DNA of 64,000 bases, taken from NCBI GenBank assembly GCA_965223005.1, contig CBDCVK010000002.1, positions 96,001 to 160,000 on the forward strand, written 5' to 3'. A program made the position numbers and the translations under genes. This document shows positions 40,512 to 51,706 of this stretch, in pieces. The notes beneath the pieces were generated by a model. It was not told where the DNA came from, searched no databases, and saw only the letters and a list, made by a program, of their open reading frames with translations. The stretch comes from Terriglobia bacterium (GTDB lineage Bacteria; Acidobacteriota; Terriglobia; JAJPHL01; JAPKYU01). Numbering within the stretch: the stretch's first letter is position 1; each line of letters begins with the position of its first letter.

Positions 40512-41808
40512 TGGAGACCTACTGGCCAAGTCTGACCCGCTCTCGCTTCCCACGGCCGATCTCGAAGGTGTTCGGGTTTTGATCGTGGATGACCATGAGG
40601 TCAACCGGCGCGTATTGCGGGAACAGCTTGACAGTTGGAACCTGCGCAACCAGGGCTTTGCGTCAGGTCAGGAGGCGCTGACTGCAATGCGCCAAGAGCA
40701 CGGCGCGGGCGAGCCCTATCATATCGTGCTCCTCGACTACCAGATGCCCGGCATGGACGGCGAAACCCTTGCCAGGGTCATCAAAGCCGATCCCGTGTTG
40801 CGGGAGACAGTGTTGGTATTGCTCACCTCATTTGGGCAGCGGGGTGACGCTGAACGGTTCCTGGAAGCTGGCTTTGCGGGCTATCTGGTCAAGCCCGTGC
40901 GGCAGTCCCAACTCCTGGACGCACTGGCCAGCGTTTGGGGAGCTCGGACACAGGAGGGGCCAACTGTATTGGTTACCCGTCACACCGTGGCCGAGGCCAA
41001 GTCGCGCGGCGCAAAACCTGCCGCACCCGCCACGAAGGCCGAACTCTTCCGCACCCGGGTGCTGGTGGTGGAGGACAACGCGGTGAACCAGAGGGTGGCG
41101 GTGCGGATGTTGGAGAAGCAAGGTTGCCGGGTGGACGTGGCCGCCAATGGCGTGGAAGCGTTGGAGATGCTGAAGGCGCTCCCCTACGACCTGATTCTCA
41201 TGGACTGTCAGATGCCCGAGATGGATGGCTTTGAGGCTACAGCTGAGATTCGACGTCGGGAGAAGCTCTCTGGGCATCACGTTCCCATCATTGCGATCAC
41301 GGCCAACGCCATGCAGGGCGATCGGGAACGCTGCCTGGAGGCGGGCATGGACAGCTACATCGCCAAACCGATCCAGCTGGAGGAACTCCGCAAGGCATTG
41401 AAACTTCACCGGGCTGACCCACCGGCAGTTGGCGAGGACACGGGCGGGAAAGAACCAGCCAGCGAAGTCATAGACCGGGCCGCTCTCTTGGCGAGTGTAG
41501 GTGGCGATATGGAACCTCTCGCAGAGCTCGTCAGACTGTTCCTGGATACTTATCCCAGAACATTGTCCGAGGTGCGGGAGGCCGTGGCCCGGGCTGACCC
41601 CGAGGCCGTTGAAAGAGCCGCGCACAACCTTAAGGGGTCAGTAAGTTACTTTGCGGCGAAGGGCGCTTTCGAGGCGGCTCTGAGCCTAGAAAAGATGGGC
41701 CGAGAGAATAACCTGAGAGATGCGCAAGCAGCTTGCGCCGCACTGGAAAATGAAATGAGACGTCTCCACCAGGAGCTCATTGCATTTGCGAAGTCGGAAT
41801 CAAGATGA
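40512..41808 (+). pseudogene. 5'-truncated hybrid histidine kinase (two receiver domains + Hpt)
   Basis: LIVDD/LLDYQMP, LVVEDN/LMDCQMP, AHNLKG; no kinase domains; frame runs back into the repeat without an RBS-led start. Confidence 0.75.
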
Positions 41809-41989
41809 AAAAAGCCCGGACTCTTCGACTTCCGGGTGCGCAAACCAGGCAGTAATAGCTCATAGAAGTCGGGCCCCAAGTTCCCCCGTTTATTCATACC
41901 GATTGATTTAGGTTCAGAAGGGGAGCCTCGGGTGCAGGTGTCTGCCAAAAAGGATTGGGCAAGTCTCTTTAACGGCGATAGTGACCGTG

Positions 41990-42110
41990 TTACTCGGCAC
42001 GCCGTTTGATGATGAATTCTACGGATAACGTACCCGACGGGACACTCGCTGGCACCTGCACATTCACCTGGTAGAGCCTAACAAGTCCCGGGTCCAGTCC
42101 CGAAGAGGTC
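41990..42110 (-). pseudogene. Remnant of a TIGR03437-like C-terminus
   Basis: SGLDPGLVRLYQVNVQVP matches GLAPGFVGLYQVNVVVP in 11569-14164. Confidence 0.6.
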
Positions 42111-42161
42111 AGAGAGAGACAACTGGGTGCCACTCGAATGCTGAGTGAAGGCGAGAAAGGA

Positions 42162-43295
42162 TTACCGGACGCGGGCAACCAACAACGTCCGGTCATCCCG
42201 CTGCTCAGATCCGCCAAACTCCCGGACAGTTGTCGAGATGGCAGTGAGCAATGAGGACACGGGTAGGAGGCGGTTGGCCTTCAGGGTTTCCAGTAGGCGC
42301 TCTTCACCAAACTCCAATCCCTCGCTGTTCACGGCCTCGGTCACCCCATCACTGAAAATCACCAACGTGTCGCCGGGAGCGAGCGCAACCTCCCGGATTG
42401 AGCCTCTCCATTCTTCAAACATTCCCAGTGGCACGGTTGTCGCCGGCGGCCGTTCCACGGCTCCGCCGGCACGCAACAGCAGAGGCGCATTGTGCCCGCA
42501 ATTGGCATAGCGAATCCGGCCCGGCGCTTCCTCGTAATACCCAAAGAAGAAGGTGGCGAAGTGGCGCGGATCGCTGGACTCGTAGAACAACTGGTTGACT
42601 AATTGGAGCAACTGCGCCAAATCCTCCTGTGCCAGCCGATATTGGCTGCGTACATTCGCCTGCAGGTTGGCCATCAGCAGTGCTGCAGACATCCCTTTCC
42701 CTGTGACGTCGGCCAGCACCAGCCCGAGCCGACCCGGGCCCATGTCGAGCAAGTCGTAGTAGTCACCCCCGACCGAGTTGGCCTGGATGCAGTCGCCGGC
42801 GTACTCTAGTGTTTTCAGAGAGGGTGTCTTCTGGGGGAAGAGCTTGCTCTGAACCTGCTTGGCATTCTCCAGCTCGCGTGCGCGGAGGTAGTCGCGCTCT
42901 CGCTCGAGTTCGATGATCTGGTCCATCGCCCGTTTCAAGGATAAATGGGTCTCCACCCGAGCCGCCACGACGGGAAAGTCGAAAGGTTTGGTCACGTAGT
43001 CATTCGCACCCAGCTGTAAAGCTTTCACGATGTCCTCTGTCTCGCTTTGGGCCGTCGCCATAATGACCGGCAGCCTTGTGGCAGGATGGGTCTGGCGGAT
43101 GACACTCAACACTTCCAGACCGCTCATCCCTGGCATCAGGACATCGAGAAGAATCGGATCGAAACTGTTCTTTTCAATCTGTTCAAGTGCTTGGGTCCCA
43201 TCTTCGGTAACAGCCACGCTATAGCCCCTCCGCTGGAGACGACGTCTCAATATCTCCCGGTTCATTTCGTTGTCATCTACGACCAGGAGCTGCAC
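42162..43295 (-). CDS. Response regulator receiver fused to PP2C phosphatase (RsbU/SpoIIE-like)
   Basis: LVVDD, LLDVLMP, TKP; VGGDYYD, ADVTGKG, SDGVTE, DDRT; start uncertain. Confidence 0.9.
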   Translation of the reverse strand: MQLLVVDDNEMNREILRRRLQRRGYSVAVTEDGTQALEQIEKNSFDPILLDVLMPGMSGLEVLSVIRQTHPATRLPVIMATAQSETEDIVKALQLGANDYVTKPFDFPVVAARVETHLSLKRAMDQIIELERERDYLRARELENAKQVQSKLFPQKTPSLKTLEYAGDCIQANSVGGDYYDLLDMGPGRLGLVLADVTGKGMSAALLMANLQANVRSQYRLAQEDLAQLLQLVNQLFYESSDPRHFATFFFGYYEEAPGRIRYANCGHNAPLLLRAGGAVERPPATTVPLGMFEEWRGSIREVALAPGDTLVIFSDGVTEAVNSEGLEFGEERLLETLKANRLLPVSSLLTAISTTVREFGGSEQRDDRTLLVARVR

Positions 43296-43643
43296 CCCTC
43301 GCCGAACCTTGGGCAGTGGTCATGATGTCGCCTGCTACATTAAGAAGTTACTCCTGGGCTGGCTCGGATGCAAGGTGCCGTCTAACAGCCGCGTTCAGAT
43401 CGCGCCATTCCCTTTAGGACTCATCCTTTCAGTCGAAACCAGAAGTCGGTTGCTGCAACGGCTCCCAGAACCAGTGTCGCTAAGAAGAGTGCCCACGTCG
43501 CCCACTTGAGACTTCTGGTATGAAGCTCTGCTGCCCACGCAGAACGAACCAAGGCATCCGCGTGCTCGCGAATGGCGCTAGTCAACGAGGCCAACTCAGA
43601 AACTATCGCAGCGTTTTACCGCTCTTCGTCTGACGTCGGCGGT

Positions 43644-43738
43644 CACTTGGCCGTATAGTCGACTTACCGGACAAGTGACCCTCTACGCCCGCCCGGGTAG
43701 TGGGTCAGTTTCCGACAAGCGCGTTATACATCCACTAG
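43644..43738. repeat. Back-to-back inverted pair of terminal-repeat motifs (site B)
   Basis: ...GTGACCCTCTACGCC-cgcccg-GGTAGTGGGTCAGTTTCCGA...GCGTTATACATCCACTAG. Confidence 0.8.
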
Positions 43739-43897
43739 GCTGCGTGGCAGCATAGGTAAATTACTAGACAAGTCCCGAGGAACTAACGCCGTTCCTACGA
43801 GTCTTATGGAGCGGTCTGGCCTGTGTCAGTCGGAAGCTAGGCGGGGCCAATCTACTCTCAGTGAAAGTGCTGCCTGTTACGATTCGTCACGATTTGC

Positions 43898-43926
43898 TTG
43901 CGCCGCAAAGTCAGGCGCATTAGAAT
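43898..43926 (+). promoter_or_regulatory. Sigma70-type promoter of the DUF1501/PSD1 operon
   Basis: TTGCGC-N17-TAGAAT. Confidence 0.5.
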
Positions 43927-43982
43927 TGTGATCATGCACTGTATACCTTGGTGCAGTGCCTAGGTTCCGCGAGGCGTGCGCA

Positions 43983-45419
43983 ATGTTTTGGGACGATCTT
44001 CCGGAATACATCTCCCGCCGCAAACTGTTGGAAATGTCCGGCCTCGGCCTGGGTACTGTCGCCCTTGCCAGCTTGTTGAGAGCCGATGAGGAACGCCGCC
44101 TCCACAACGACCTGAAGCCGCGGAAGGGCCACTTCCCGGGCACGGCGAAGGCTGTGATCCAATTCGTGCAGAATGGCGGCCCCAGCCAGATGGACCTGTT
44201 CGATCCCAAGCCCGAGCTGACGAAATGGTCTGGCAAGCCGCACCCCGACGGGGTCGAAATCCATCAGCCCAACAATGCCAACGTGCTGCTGGCCAGCCCG
44301 TTCCAGTTCCGCAGGCACGGACAGAGCGGCATTGAGCTGGGCGAGACACTTCCACACTTGGCTACAGTCGTCGACGACATCTGCCTGATTCGCTCGATGC
44401 ACACCGAGCACAACAACCATGCCGAAGGGCTGAACATGCTGCTGACCTGCCGCATCTTCGCTGGCCGTCCGGTGCTGGGGGCGTGGGTGTCGTACGCGCT
44501 CGGCACGGACAATCAGAATCTCCCCGCGTTTGTGGCGTTGCGCGACCCGGAGGGGTACTCGACGCTGGGCAAGCAGCTTTGGAACAGCGGCTTCCTACCG
44601 GCGCTCTACCAGGGAGTGGAGTTCAGTTCCACCGGAACGCCGGTCCGCCACCTGCAGCCCCGGGTGCCGCCGCCGCCCGGGGCGCAGCGGGAGCAGTTGG
44701 ACACGCTGGCTAAGCTGAACAAGATGCACCTCGGCCGCCACACGGGAGACTCCGAGCTGGAGGCACAAATCAAGAACTACGAGCTGGCAGCGCGCATGCA
44801 ACTGGCCGCGATGGATGTCCTGGACATCTCCAAGGAGTCGGAAGCTACGAAGAAGCTCTACGGGCTGGACAACCCTGTGACCGCCGGTTATGGCCTGCGC
44901 TGCCTCATGGCTCGCCGTCTGATCGAGGCCGGCGTTCGCTTTGTGCAGATCTTTCCGGGGAAAGGCGGGCCTTGGGACCATCACTTCAATATCAAGAAGA
45001 ACATGCCGGAGATATGTGCCACCACCGACCAGCCCATTGCCGGCTTGCTGAAAGACCTGAAGAGCCACGGCCTGCTGGAGAGCACGATTCTGCTGTGGGC
45101 GGGCGAGTTCGGGCGCCTTCCGACCACTCAAAACTCCGACGGTCGAGACCACAACCGCAACGCGTTCAGCCTCTGGCTGGCAGGCGGCGGTTTCAAGGAG
45201 GGCCTGGCCTACGGGGAGACCGACGAGTTTGGCTACAAGTCCACAGTGAATCGTGTGGGGGTCGCCGATTTGCACGCCACTGTGATGCATCAGCTCGGAC
45301 TCGATCATAAGCGGCTTACCTTCCCCCACGAGGGACGGGAAGAAACCCCCACCAATGCCAGCATCACAGGCGCGCGCATTGTCGCCGGCATCCTCAAGAA
45401 CCCGCCGAAGGAGACCTGA
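43983..45419 (+). CDS. DUF1501 family protein, Tat-exported
   Basis: SRRKLL; GGPSQMD, WDHH, GEFGRLP, GRDHN. Confidence 0.92.
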   Translation: MFWDDLPEYISRRKLLEMSGLGLGTVALASLLRADEERRLHNDLKPRKGHFPGTAKAVIQFVQNGGPSQMDLFDPKPELTKWSGKPHPDGVEIHQPNNANVLLASPFQFRRHGQSGIELGETLPHLATVVDDICLIRSMHTEHNNHAEGLNMLLTCRIFAGRPVLGAWVSYALGTDNQNLPAFVALRDPEGYSTLGKQLWNSGFLPALYQGVEFSSTGTPVRHLQPRVPPPPGAQREQLDTLAKLNKMHLGRHTGDSELEAQIKNYELAARMQLAAMDVLDISKESEATKKLYGLDNPVTAGYGLRCLMARRLIEAGVRFVQIFPGKGGPWDHHFNIKKNMPEICATTDQPIAGLLKDLKSHGLLESTILLWAGEFGRLPTTQNSDGRDHNRNAFSLWLAGGGFKEGLAYGETDEFGYKSTVNRVGVADLHATVMHQLGLDHKRLTFPHEGREETPTNASITGARIVAGILKNPPKET

Positions 45420-45423
45420 GACC

Positions 45424-48378
45424 ATGCGGTTTGCTCGTCTGCTGAGTCAGGTTGCAGCGTTGGGCGCGCTGTCGGCAATGACCGTCTTCGCACAGGCCAG
45501 CTTTGAACGGGACGTCAAGCCGATCTTTAAGACCAATTGCTTCAGTTGCCATGGCGGCACCGCGATGGTCGGGCTGGATTTGCGCACGGCCACCTCCATC
45601 CTGCGCGGCAGTCATGAGGGTCGGGTGGTGGTCAAAGGATCACCCGAAAAAAGCCTGCTGTACGAAAAGGTCTCCAAGCGAATGATGCCGCCGCCCGCGT
45701 TCAACTTGAAGCTGACCGATTCGGAGATCGAGACCATCCGGCGTTGGATTGAGGCGGGAATGCCTTCGGAGGAAGAGGCCACTATCGCCGCTAAAACGAA
45801 AGAGGAGACGGCGCGGTTCGAGAAACTGGCGTTGCCCATCTTCAAGAGCCGCTGCTTCACTTGCCATGGCACGGATAACCCCATGGGTGGCCTGGATCTG
45901 CGCATGCTTGAATCGGTGCTAAAGGGAAGCGCAAACGGGCCCGTGCTCTCCGATCTCGGTTCGACCAAAAGCATCCTGATCCGTAAGGTGACCGCTCGCG
46001 AAATGCCGCCGCCGGGCATGGGTAAACCTCTGCGCGACGCCGAAATCCGCACCCTGGCCCGCTGGATTGATACCTCCGATTTGCGCCTCCTGCGGCCGCA
46101 TGTGGCGCGCACCACTTTCAATCAGGCCGAAGCGCCGCCGGTCACAGAGAAAGACCGCCAGTTCTGGGCGTTCCAGAAGCCGGTCGCCGTACCCGTCCCG
46201 TATGTGAAAAATCGGCAGCGCGTGCGCACGCCGATTGACGCCTTCCTGCTGGCGCAGCTTGAAGCCAAGGGACTCAGCTTCTCGCCCGATGCCTCCAAGG
46301 TCACTTTGATGCGCCGCGCCTGGCTGGACCTGATCGGGGTGCCGCCGTCCCCAGAAGACATCCGGGCGTACCTGGCGGACAACAAGCCGGACGCGTACGA
46401 GCGGTTGCTCGACAAGCTCCTCGCCTCACCGCACTACGGCGAGCGGTGGGGCCGCCACTGGCTGGATGCGGCTGGCTACACCGATGTGACCGGGTTTGAT
46501 GGCAGCGTTGAGGGCGCTATTGTCGTAGACGGCATGTGGCGCTACCGGGATTGGGTGATCCGCGCGTTCAACCAAGACATGCCCTACAACCAGTTCCTGG
46601 TGGAGCAATTGGCCGGCGATGAGCTGGTGGACTGGCGCTCGGCTGAGAAGTACACGCCGGAGATCGTGGACAAGCTGATCGCCACCGGCTATCTGCGCTC
46701 CGTCTATGACCGCACCGATCAGGACGTCGTGAATCTGCCGGGAGAGCGGTATGACGTGCTCTTCGACTTGATGGAGAAGGTCTCCACCGGCCTGATGGGG
46801 TTGACGGTTGGCTGCGGTCGCTGCCACAGCCACAAGTACGACCCCATTCCGCAGAAGGACTACTATCGCATGCTGGCGGTCTTTGCCACCGGCCATAACC
46901 CGGTCCACTGGCTGCAGCCCAAGAACCATTTCCTGCCGAGCGTCTCCAAAGTGGAGCAAGAGGAAATCGAACGCCACAACGCGGAGATTGACAAGCCGGT
47001 GGCCAAACTCAAGGAGCGGCTGGAAGCGATTTACGGCCCCTACCGCGAGAATCTGCTGGAAGGCAGGCTCAAGGAGCTCCCGGAAGTTATTCGCGAAGAG
47101 ACGAAACAGGCTCTGGCCACGCCGAAAGACGAGCGGGACACGGTGCAGAAGTTCCTGGCCGCTAAATTTGAGAAACAGCTCACCGTGACCGCGGAGGAAG
47201 TCGTCAAGGCGCTAAGCGAGGATCACCGCGCCACTCACGAGAAGCTGAGCGAACAGATCAAGATCCTGAACGGCTATCGCCGCTCGTGGGACAAGATCCA
47301 GGCGTTGTGGGAAGTGGCGCCGCCGCCCAAGATCCGCCTGCTGCAGCGGGGCGAGGTGGAGCGTCCTGGGCCGCCGGTCCAGCCCGGCTTCCTGGAGGTC
47401 CTCAGTCGGGCCGGAGAGACCGATGCAGTCCGGCCGCCGGAGACGAAGGGCAAAACCAGTGGTTACCGGCTGGCGTTTGCGCGCTGGCTGACCAGCCCGG
47501 ACCATCCGCTGACCGCACGCGTGATGGTTAACCGCGTCTGGCAGCAGCACTTTGGGCGCGGCATCGTGGAAACTCAGGACAACTTCGGCAAGCAAGGCAA
47601 GCCGCCGACGCATCCCAAGCTGCTGGACTGGCTGGCGGTGGAGTTCATGCGTCAGGGTTGGAGCATCAAAAAGCTCCATAAGCTCATCATGACTTCCACA
47701 GCCTACCGCCAATCATCGGAGCGGCCTTCGGGCGGCTCGCTGGCGCTCAAAGTGGACCCGGAAAATCGGCATTTGTGGCGCATGAACCTGCGCCGGCTGG
47801 AAGCAGAAACCTTGCGCGACGCCATCATGGCCGCCAGCGGCAAGCTGGACTGGACGATGGGCGGGCCTGCGGTCGAGGGCCCGTTGATGGCCGACGGCCT
47901 GAAGAAGCTGAACCCTCACGACGACGGGGAAGGTGAGCCGGTTGACGCCGAGCCCATGGGAATCCGGCGGCGCAGCGTGTACGTGCTGGCGCGGCGCTAC
48001 TTCCCGCTGGGGTTCCTGGAGACCTTCGACGCCCCCATCATGCAGACCAATTGCAACCGGCGCATGAACTCGGTGTCGCCCCTGCAATCGCTCACACTGA
48101 TGAACGATGATTTCGTCGTCGAGAACGCCACCGCCTTTGCCGAGCGGGTCGCCAGCATGTCCAATGGCAATCTGGAAGAGAAAATTGAAAAAGGGTACCT
48201 GCTGGCTCTCTCCCGCAAGCCCTCCCGCGAGGAAGTACAAATCGCGCGGGCGCATCTGGCGCGCGAGGAAGATCTGTATCTGAAGGCCAACGCCGCGCCG
48301 GAACAGGCTCGCAAAGAAGCGCTCGAAAGCTTCTGCCACCTGCTGTTCCTCACCAACGAGTTCCTCTATATCGAGTGA
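45424..48378 (+). CDS. PSD1 protein with two N-terminal planctomycete cytochrome c domains
   Basis: [23 protein letters not shown]; [11 protein letters not shown]; [11 protein letters not shown]. Confidence 0.92.
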   Translation: MRFARLLSQVAALGALSAMTVFAQASFERDVKPIFKTNCFSCHGGTAMVGLDLRTATSILRGSHEGRVVVKGSPEKSLLYEKVSKRMMPPPAFNLKLTDSEIETIRRWIEAGMPSEEEATIAAKTKEETARFEKLALPIFKSRCFTCHGTDNPMGGLDLRMLESVLKGSANGPVLSDLGSTKSILIRKVTAREMPPPGMGKPLRDAEIRTLARWIDTSDLRLLRPHVARTTFNQAEAPPVTEKDRQFWAFQKPVAVPVPYVKNRQRVRTPIDAFLLAQLEAKGLSFSPDASKVTLMRRAWLDLIGVPPSPEDIRAYLADNKPDAYERLLDKLLASPHYGERWGRHWLDAAGYTDVTGFDGSVEGAIVVDGMWRYRDWVIRAFNQDMPYNQFLVEQLAGDELVDWRSAEKYTPEIVDKLIATGYLRSVYDRTDQDVVNLPGERYDVLFDLMEKVSTGLMGLTVGCGRCHSHKYDPIPQKDYYRMLAVFATGHNPVHWLQPKNHFLPSVSKVEQEEIERHNAEIDKPVAKLKERLEAIYGPYRENLLEGRLKELPEVIREETKQALATPKDERDTVQKFLAAKFEKQLTVTAEEVVKALSEDHRATHEKLSEQIKILNGYRRSWDKIQALWEVAPPPKIRLLQRGEVERPGPPVQPGFLEVLSRAGETDAVRPPETKGKTSGYRLAFARWLTSPDHPLTARVMVNRVWQQHFGRGIVETQDNFGKQGKPPTHPKLLDWLAVEFMRQGWSIKKLHKLIMTSTAYRQSSERPSGGSLALKVDPENRHLWRMNLRRLEAETLRDAIMAASGKLDWTMGGPAVEGPLMADGLKKLNPHDDGEGEPVDAEPMGIRRRSVYVLARRYFPLGFLETFDAPIMQTNCNRRMNSVSPLQSLTLMNDDFVVENATAFAERVASMSNGNLEEKIEKGYLLALSRKPSREEVQIARAHLAREEDLYLKANAAPEQARKEALESFCHLLFLTNEFLYIE

Positions 48379-48579
48379 CAGCGGCCCCCCAAACCCGCCT
48401 CGGCTCATGACGCTTCCGCCCATGCCCAGCCTCCTGCCGTTTGGTGTGCGGAAGGGCTATAGTCACTGTTATGGTGGACATCCACTTCCGTAGAAAGTAG
48501 CGACTCCGGTTTTCCCAGATCAGCTATGCACAAAGCCGATAGTCCCCACAGACGGGCTAGTGTTTATCAATCCCGGTTT

Positions 48580-48670
48580 CAGTTGGGCGAATAGTTCGCT
48601 TTCCGGAAACTGACCCTCTACGCCCGCTAGGCGTAGTAGGTCAGTTTCCGATAAAGGCGTTATACATCCG
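48580..48670. repeat. Back-to-back inverted pair of terminal-repeat motifs (site C)
   Basis: CGGAAACTGACC-CT-CTACGCC-cgcta-GGCGTAG-TA-GGTCAGTTTCCG hairpin with flanks similar to site B. Confidence 0.82.
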
Positions 48671-49122
48671 GGTGGCGACAGGGATGACTAGATCGCGCAT
48701 TGTGGTTGATCCACGCCTGCCCAGCAATTAACCTCCGCCGGGGTGGACGAGACAACTCAGAGGGGAATCTCTCTTTACTGAAAGTGTCTTACCTTTCGCT
48801 AGCTATTGCACCTCTTGTGAGTAGACTGTCAGCTTATTTTCACGCAGGAGGGTATAAGTTCATTGCGGCTCTATACTTTGGTAGTCTAAGTGTTGCTCTT
48901 GGCAATCTCGTGTATGATGTTTTCTGTCCGCACATTGTAAAGCGATTTGCAAGTCCGAACGATCTATACATTCAGTGCAAATTGCCATTTATCAGCTTCT
49001 TTCTATACCTCAGTGCCTTTTCGTGGCCTGCTGCCCTGGTGTGCTGAAATTCCATTGCTGACGAACGATGTCTTGATCGCCAACGCGCTACAGCGAAGGA
49101 AACAGGGAGCTGCCAGTCGCTG

Positions 49123-51706
49123 CTACTCCAGCGGTTCCAGTCCGACATAAGCAAGTGCCACTGACAAAAGGCGGTTATCGCTACCAAGCTTTACTGCTTT
49201 TCCCATAGCAAATTCGATAGCATTGACCTTTCTGCGGGGCAGGTCGTGCGGTAGGGGAGTGACGTGCCTTTTGCTTCCAGCCAAATCTTGCTCGTCCAAT
49301 TTGGCGACGATCAGGTTATTGACGGAAACTTCGATTGATTGTCCAGTGATCGACGTGGGTAAGTAGGTGTCGAACACAAGTTGAGCCCCGCCTTCGGTCG
49401 GGAAAGAAAGATAGGCACGGGCTAGCGCGCCGTTAACCCACCGCATTGGCCGTTCTTGGCCCTCAAGTATGGTGAAACCCAGAGCGAAACGCGAGAAGCT
49501 CGGGTGATCCATTGTCAAGGCTGCCGGAGCCTCTTCTAGATGGGATGGCGAAGGCAGAATCCAGGCTTCGCGACTGAATAGATCGCCACGAATGCGATAG
49601 CGCACAACCTTGGGAAGCGCCTCCAGAACATCTTCACGTGCGCCTCCAGGTTCAATCTCATACCAAAGGAATACGCGTTCACGCTCGGAGGTCTCATTAA
49701 GACTAAACATGGGAACACCCGGGAATTGGCCGTCTAGCAGGGTGCGGGAATTGGTTTATCCGTCTAGCCGTCCAAAAGCATCGTTGATCGTCGCCGGGAC
49801 GTCACCTATGCTGACCTCACTGACCGCCAGCAACTGCGGCAACACGGGGCACGTGAGAATCTTAAGGGTCCCCGAATTGTCGGCGGTTTGCTCGGGGCGA
49901 GGTGTTGAACATCGCGTCGGCGTGGCCAATTATACTCATTATATTTTGTTCTAATCGGAGGAGCACTTCGTTGATAGCAGCCGTTTCGAAGCACTCCCAC
50001 TCACTACTGCTCGCCGAAGCGATGGTGCCACGTGGAGCAGTATAACCAGATCGCTCCCGACAGAGTTCAACGATCCGGGGGTCGAGCCATGTCAGGCTGC
50101 CGTTGATCGGCTGTATGGGCCCAGGGGCCGGCCTGAGGATGTGGTATCATAGTTCCTTTCATCATAAATGCCCACCCTGCTTCCAAAAGCATCGTTGATC
50201 GTCGCCGGGACGTCACCTATGCTCACTGGGGCACGTGAGAATCTTAACCGAAGCGGTTTCTAATATAGCAGCGTTTGCACTCCCACTCACACGTGGAAGT
50301 ATAACCGCGCTCCCGACAGAGTTCAACGATGGGGTGAGCCATGGGCTGCCGTGATCGCTGTGCACGATGATCATAGTTTCATCATAAATGCCCAGTTGCT
50401 TGAGCTTTTGGACCAAGCGTTCAAGTTGCAATAAGGTACAGGTGACCTGGGCGCGCATGTTTTCGTAATTCTCTTTTTGTGTCCCAACGTAGGCACAGTT
50501 CTCGTCAAACAGTATTGGAGAATGCCCGCCCGCGACATGGAAATAGTTGTAAGAGGCAGGACGGTCGTCGGTTGTCATGTTGTCGATAAACAGATCAAAG
50601 ATAGCCGAATAGGTACGCGTTGTTGTCACTAGCTGGGACAGAAACCATCGTTCGTCATTATGGATGTAACGACGAATCAGAACCGGCGTGACCTGAAACA
50701 AGGCAATATCCAAAAGGTCAAGCCCAATCCGTCCCGTATGCGTAGATTTGTCCGAACTGATCGTCCGTCCATGGAAAACGTCGCCAGCCATGCAAGCCGT
50801 GTAACGCCCTACACAAGAGGAACCCCGCGACTGATAGGCGAACGTCTTGAAGTCATGCAGGGCCAACGTGTTAACGATGGAGTGTTCGTTTAGAGTCGTC
50901 CATTTGTACTTAAAAGTGAAAGGCAAAGATGGAACAAAGTCCCTCTCAGGGTCCGGGGCCCGACCTGTCATGAAAAATGAAATCGAAGCAAAAGTGTGTG
51001 GATAGCGCCCTGCAGCACGGGTAAACAAAGTGAAACCATCGAACACTTCAGAATATCGATCGAAGTCAGAAGCGACAATCTCGTACATCAGGGCACCCGG
51101 GGTGTTATCCGGCACAATGTGAATGATGTTGCGCTCTCTGGACAAGCGATAAGAATCGCTAAAGTAAGAGGATAGATCTCGAAAGGTTCTTGCGGACTGT
51201 CGAATCGAATCAGCCGTGGAAATCGTCGCATGAAGGAACCCGATGCCATGGAATAGCAGTATGAAGAGTGAAACAGAATAGAACAGTTCCTGGCGTCTCC
51301 TGAATACAACAATCAGACTTGCAAGGCCGAGGATTACAGCTAGTTCTATATTTGAGAGCGTACTCAGTGCTTCCCAATCAATCAATGTCCCGTCAAAGGG
51401 TCGATGTCTCGCGAAACCAAACAATATCGTGGATTCAATGAAAGCCACGACGCTGAGGAATGTAACGGCAGCTAAGAATATCTGATCGGGAAGCTTGCCG
51501 GCAGCAAAGTATAAGACGGCAATCAAACCGGATGAGGCAAGTAGGAACAAGAAGCACAAGTGAGCGAAGCTTACTGAGAATTCAGTGATGTTGTTCAGAA
51601 ATATGTGAAGCGGAACAAAGAAGAATACTTGGGAAACAAAAGCAGAAACAATCGCCATTACTCGCCAGTCAAGTCGCCTAATCATGAGTGTATGCCCATG
51701 CTTCAT
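49123..51706 (-). pseudogene. Membrane protein with sulfatase/LTA-synthase-like domain, interrupted near 49734-50182
   Basis: N-terminal TM helices; NIIHIVPD, SDHG; the two ORF pieces link via ...GPLRFSRAP/VSIGDVPATINDAFG...GQFPGVPMF; lower GC. Confidence 0.65.
49734..50182 (+). mobile_element. Collapsed/chimeric copy of the IS5-family element at a CTAG site
   Basis: CTAG-CAGGGTGC left end, CACCCTG right end; colinear fragments of 53116-54276 interleaved with a copy of the host gene. Confidence 0.65.

Noticed and set aside
43380-43660. Additional attC sites (GTCTAAC at 43380, GCAGAAC near 43539)
   Set aside because: No matching GTTRRRY partner with L-box pairing at a suitable distance.
43644-48670. 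Repeat pairs as classical GTAG REP/REPIN or dif/pdif sites
   Set aside because: GTAG motifs face inward with no internal REP palindrome and no RAYT gene; the central spacer is 5 bp rather than 6 and the arm does not match XerD TTATGTTAAAT.
48700-49047. AT-rich hydrophobic ORF
   Set aside because: No recognisable motif or RBS; may be a foreign gene fragment but cannot be supported.
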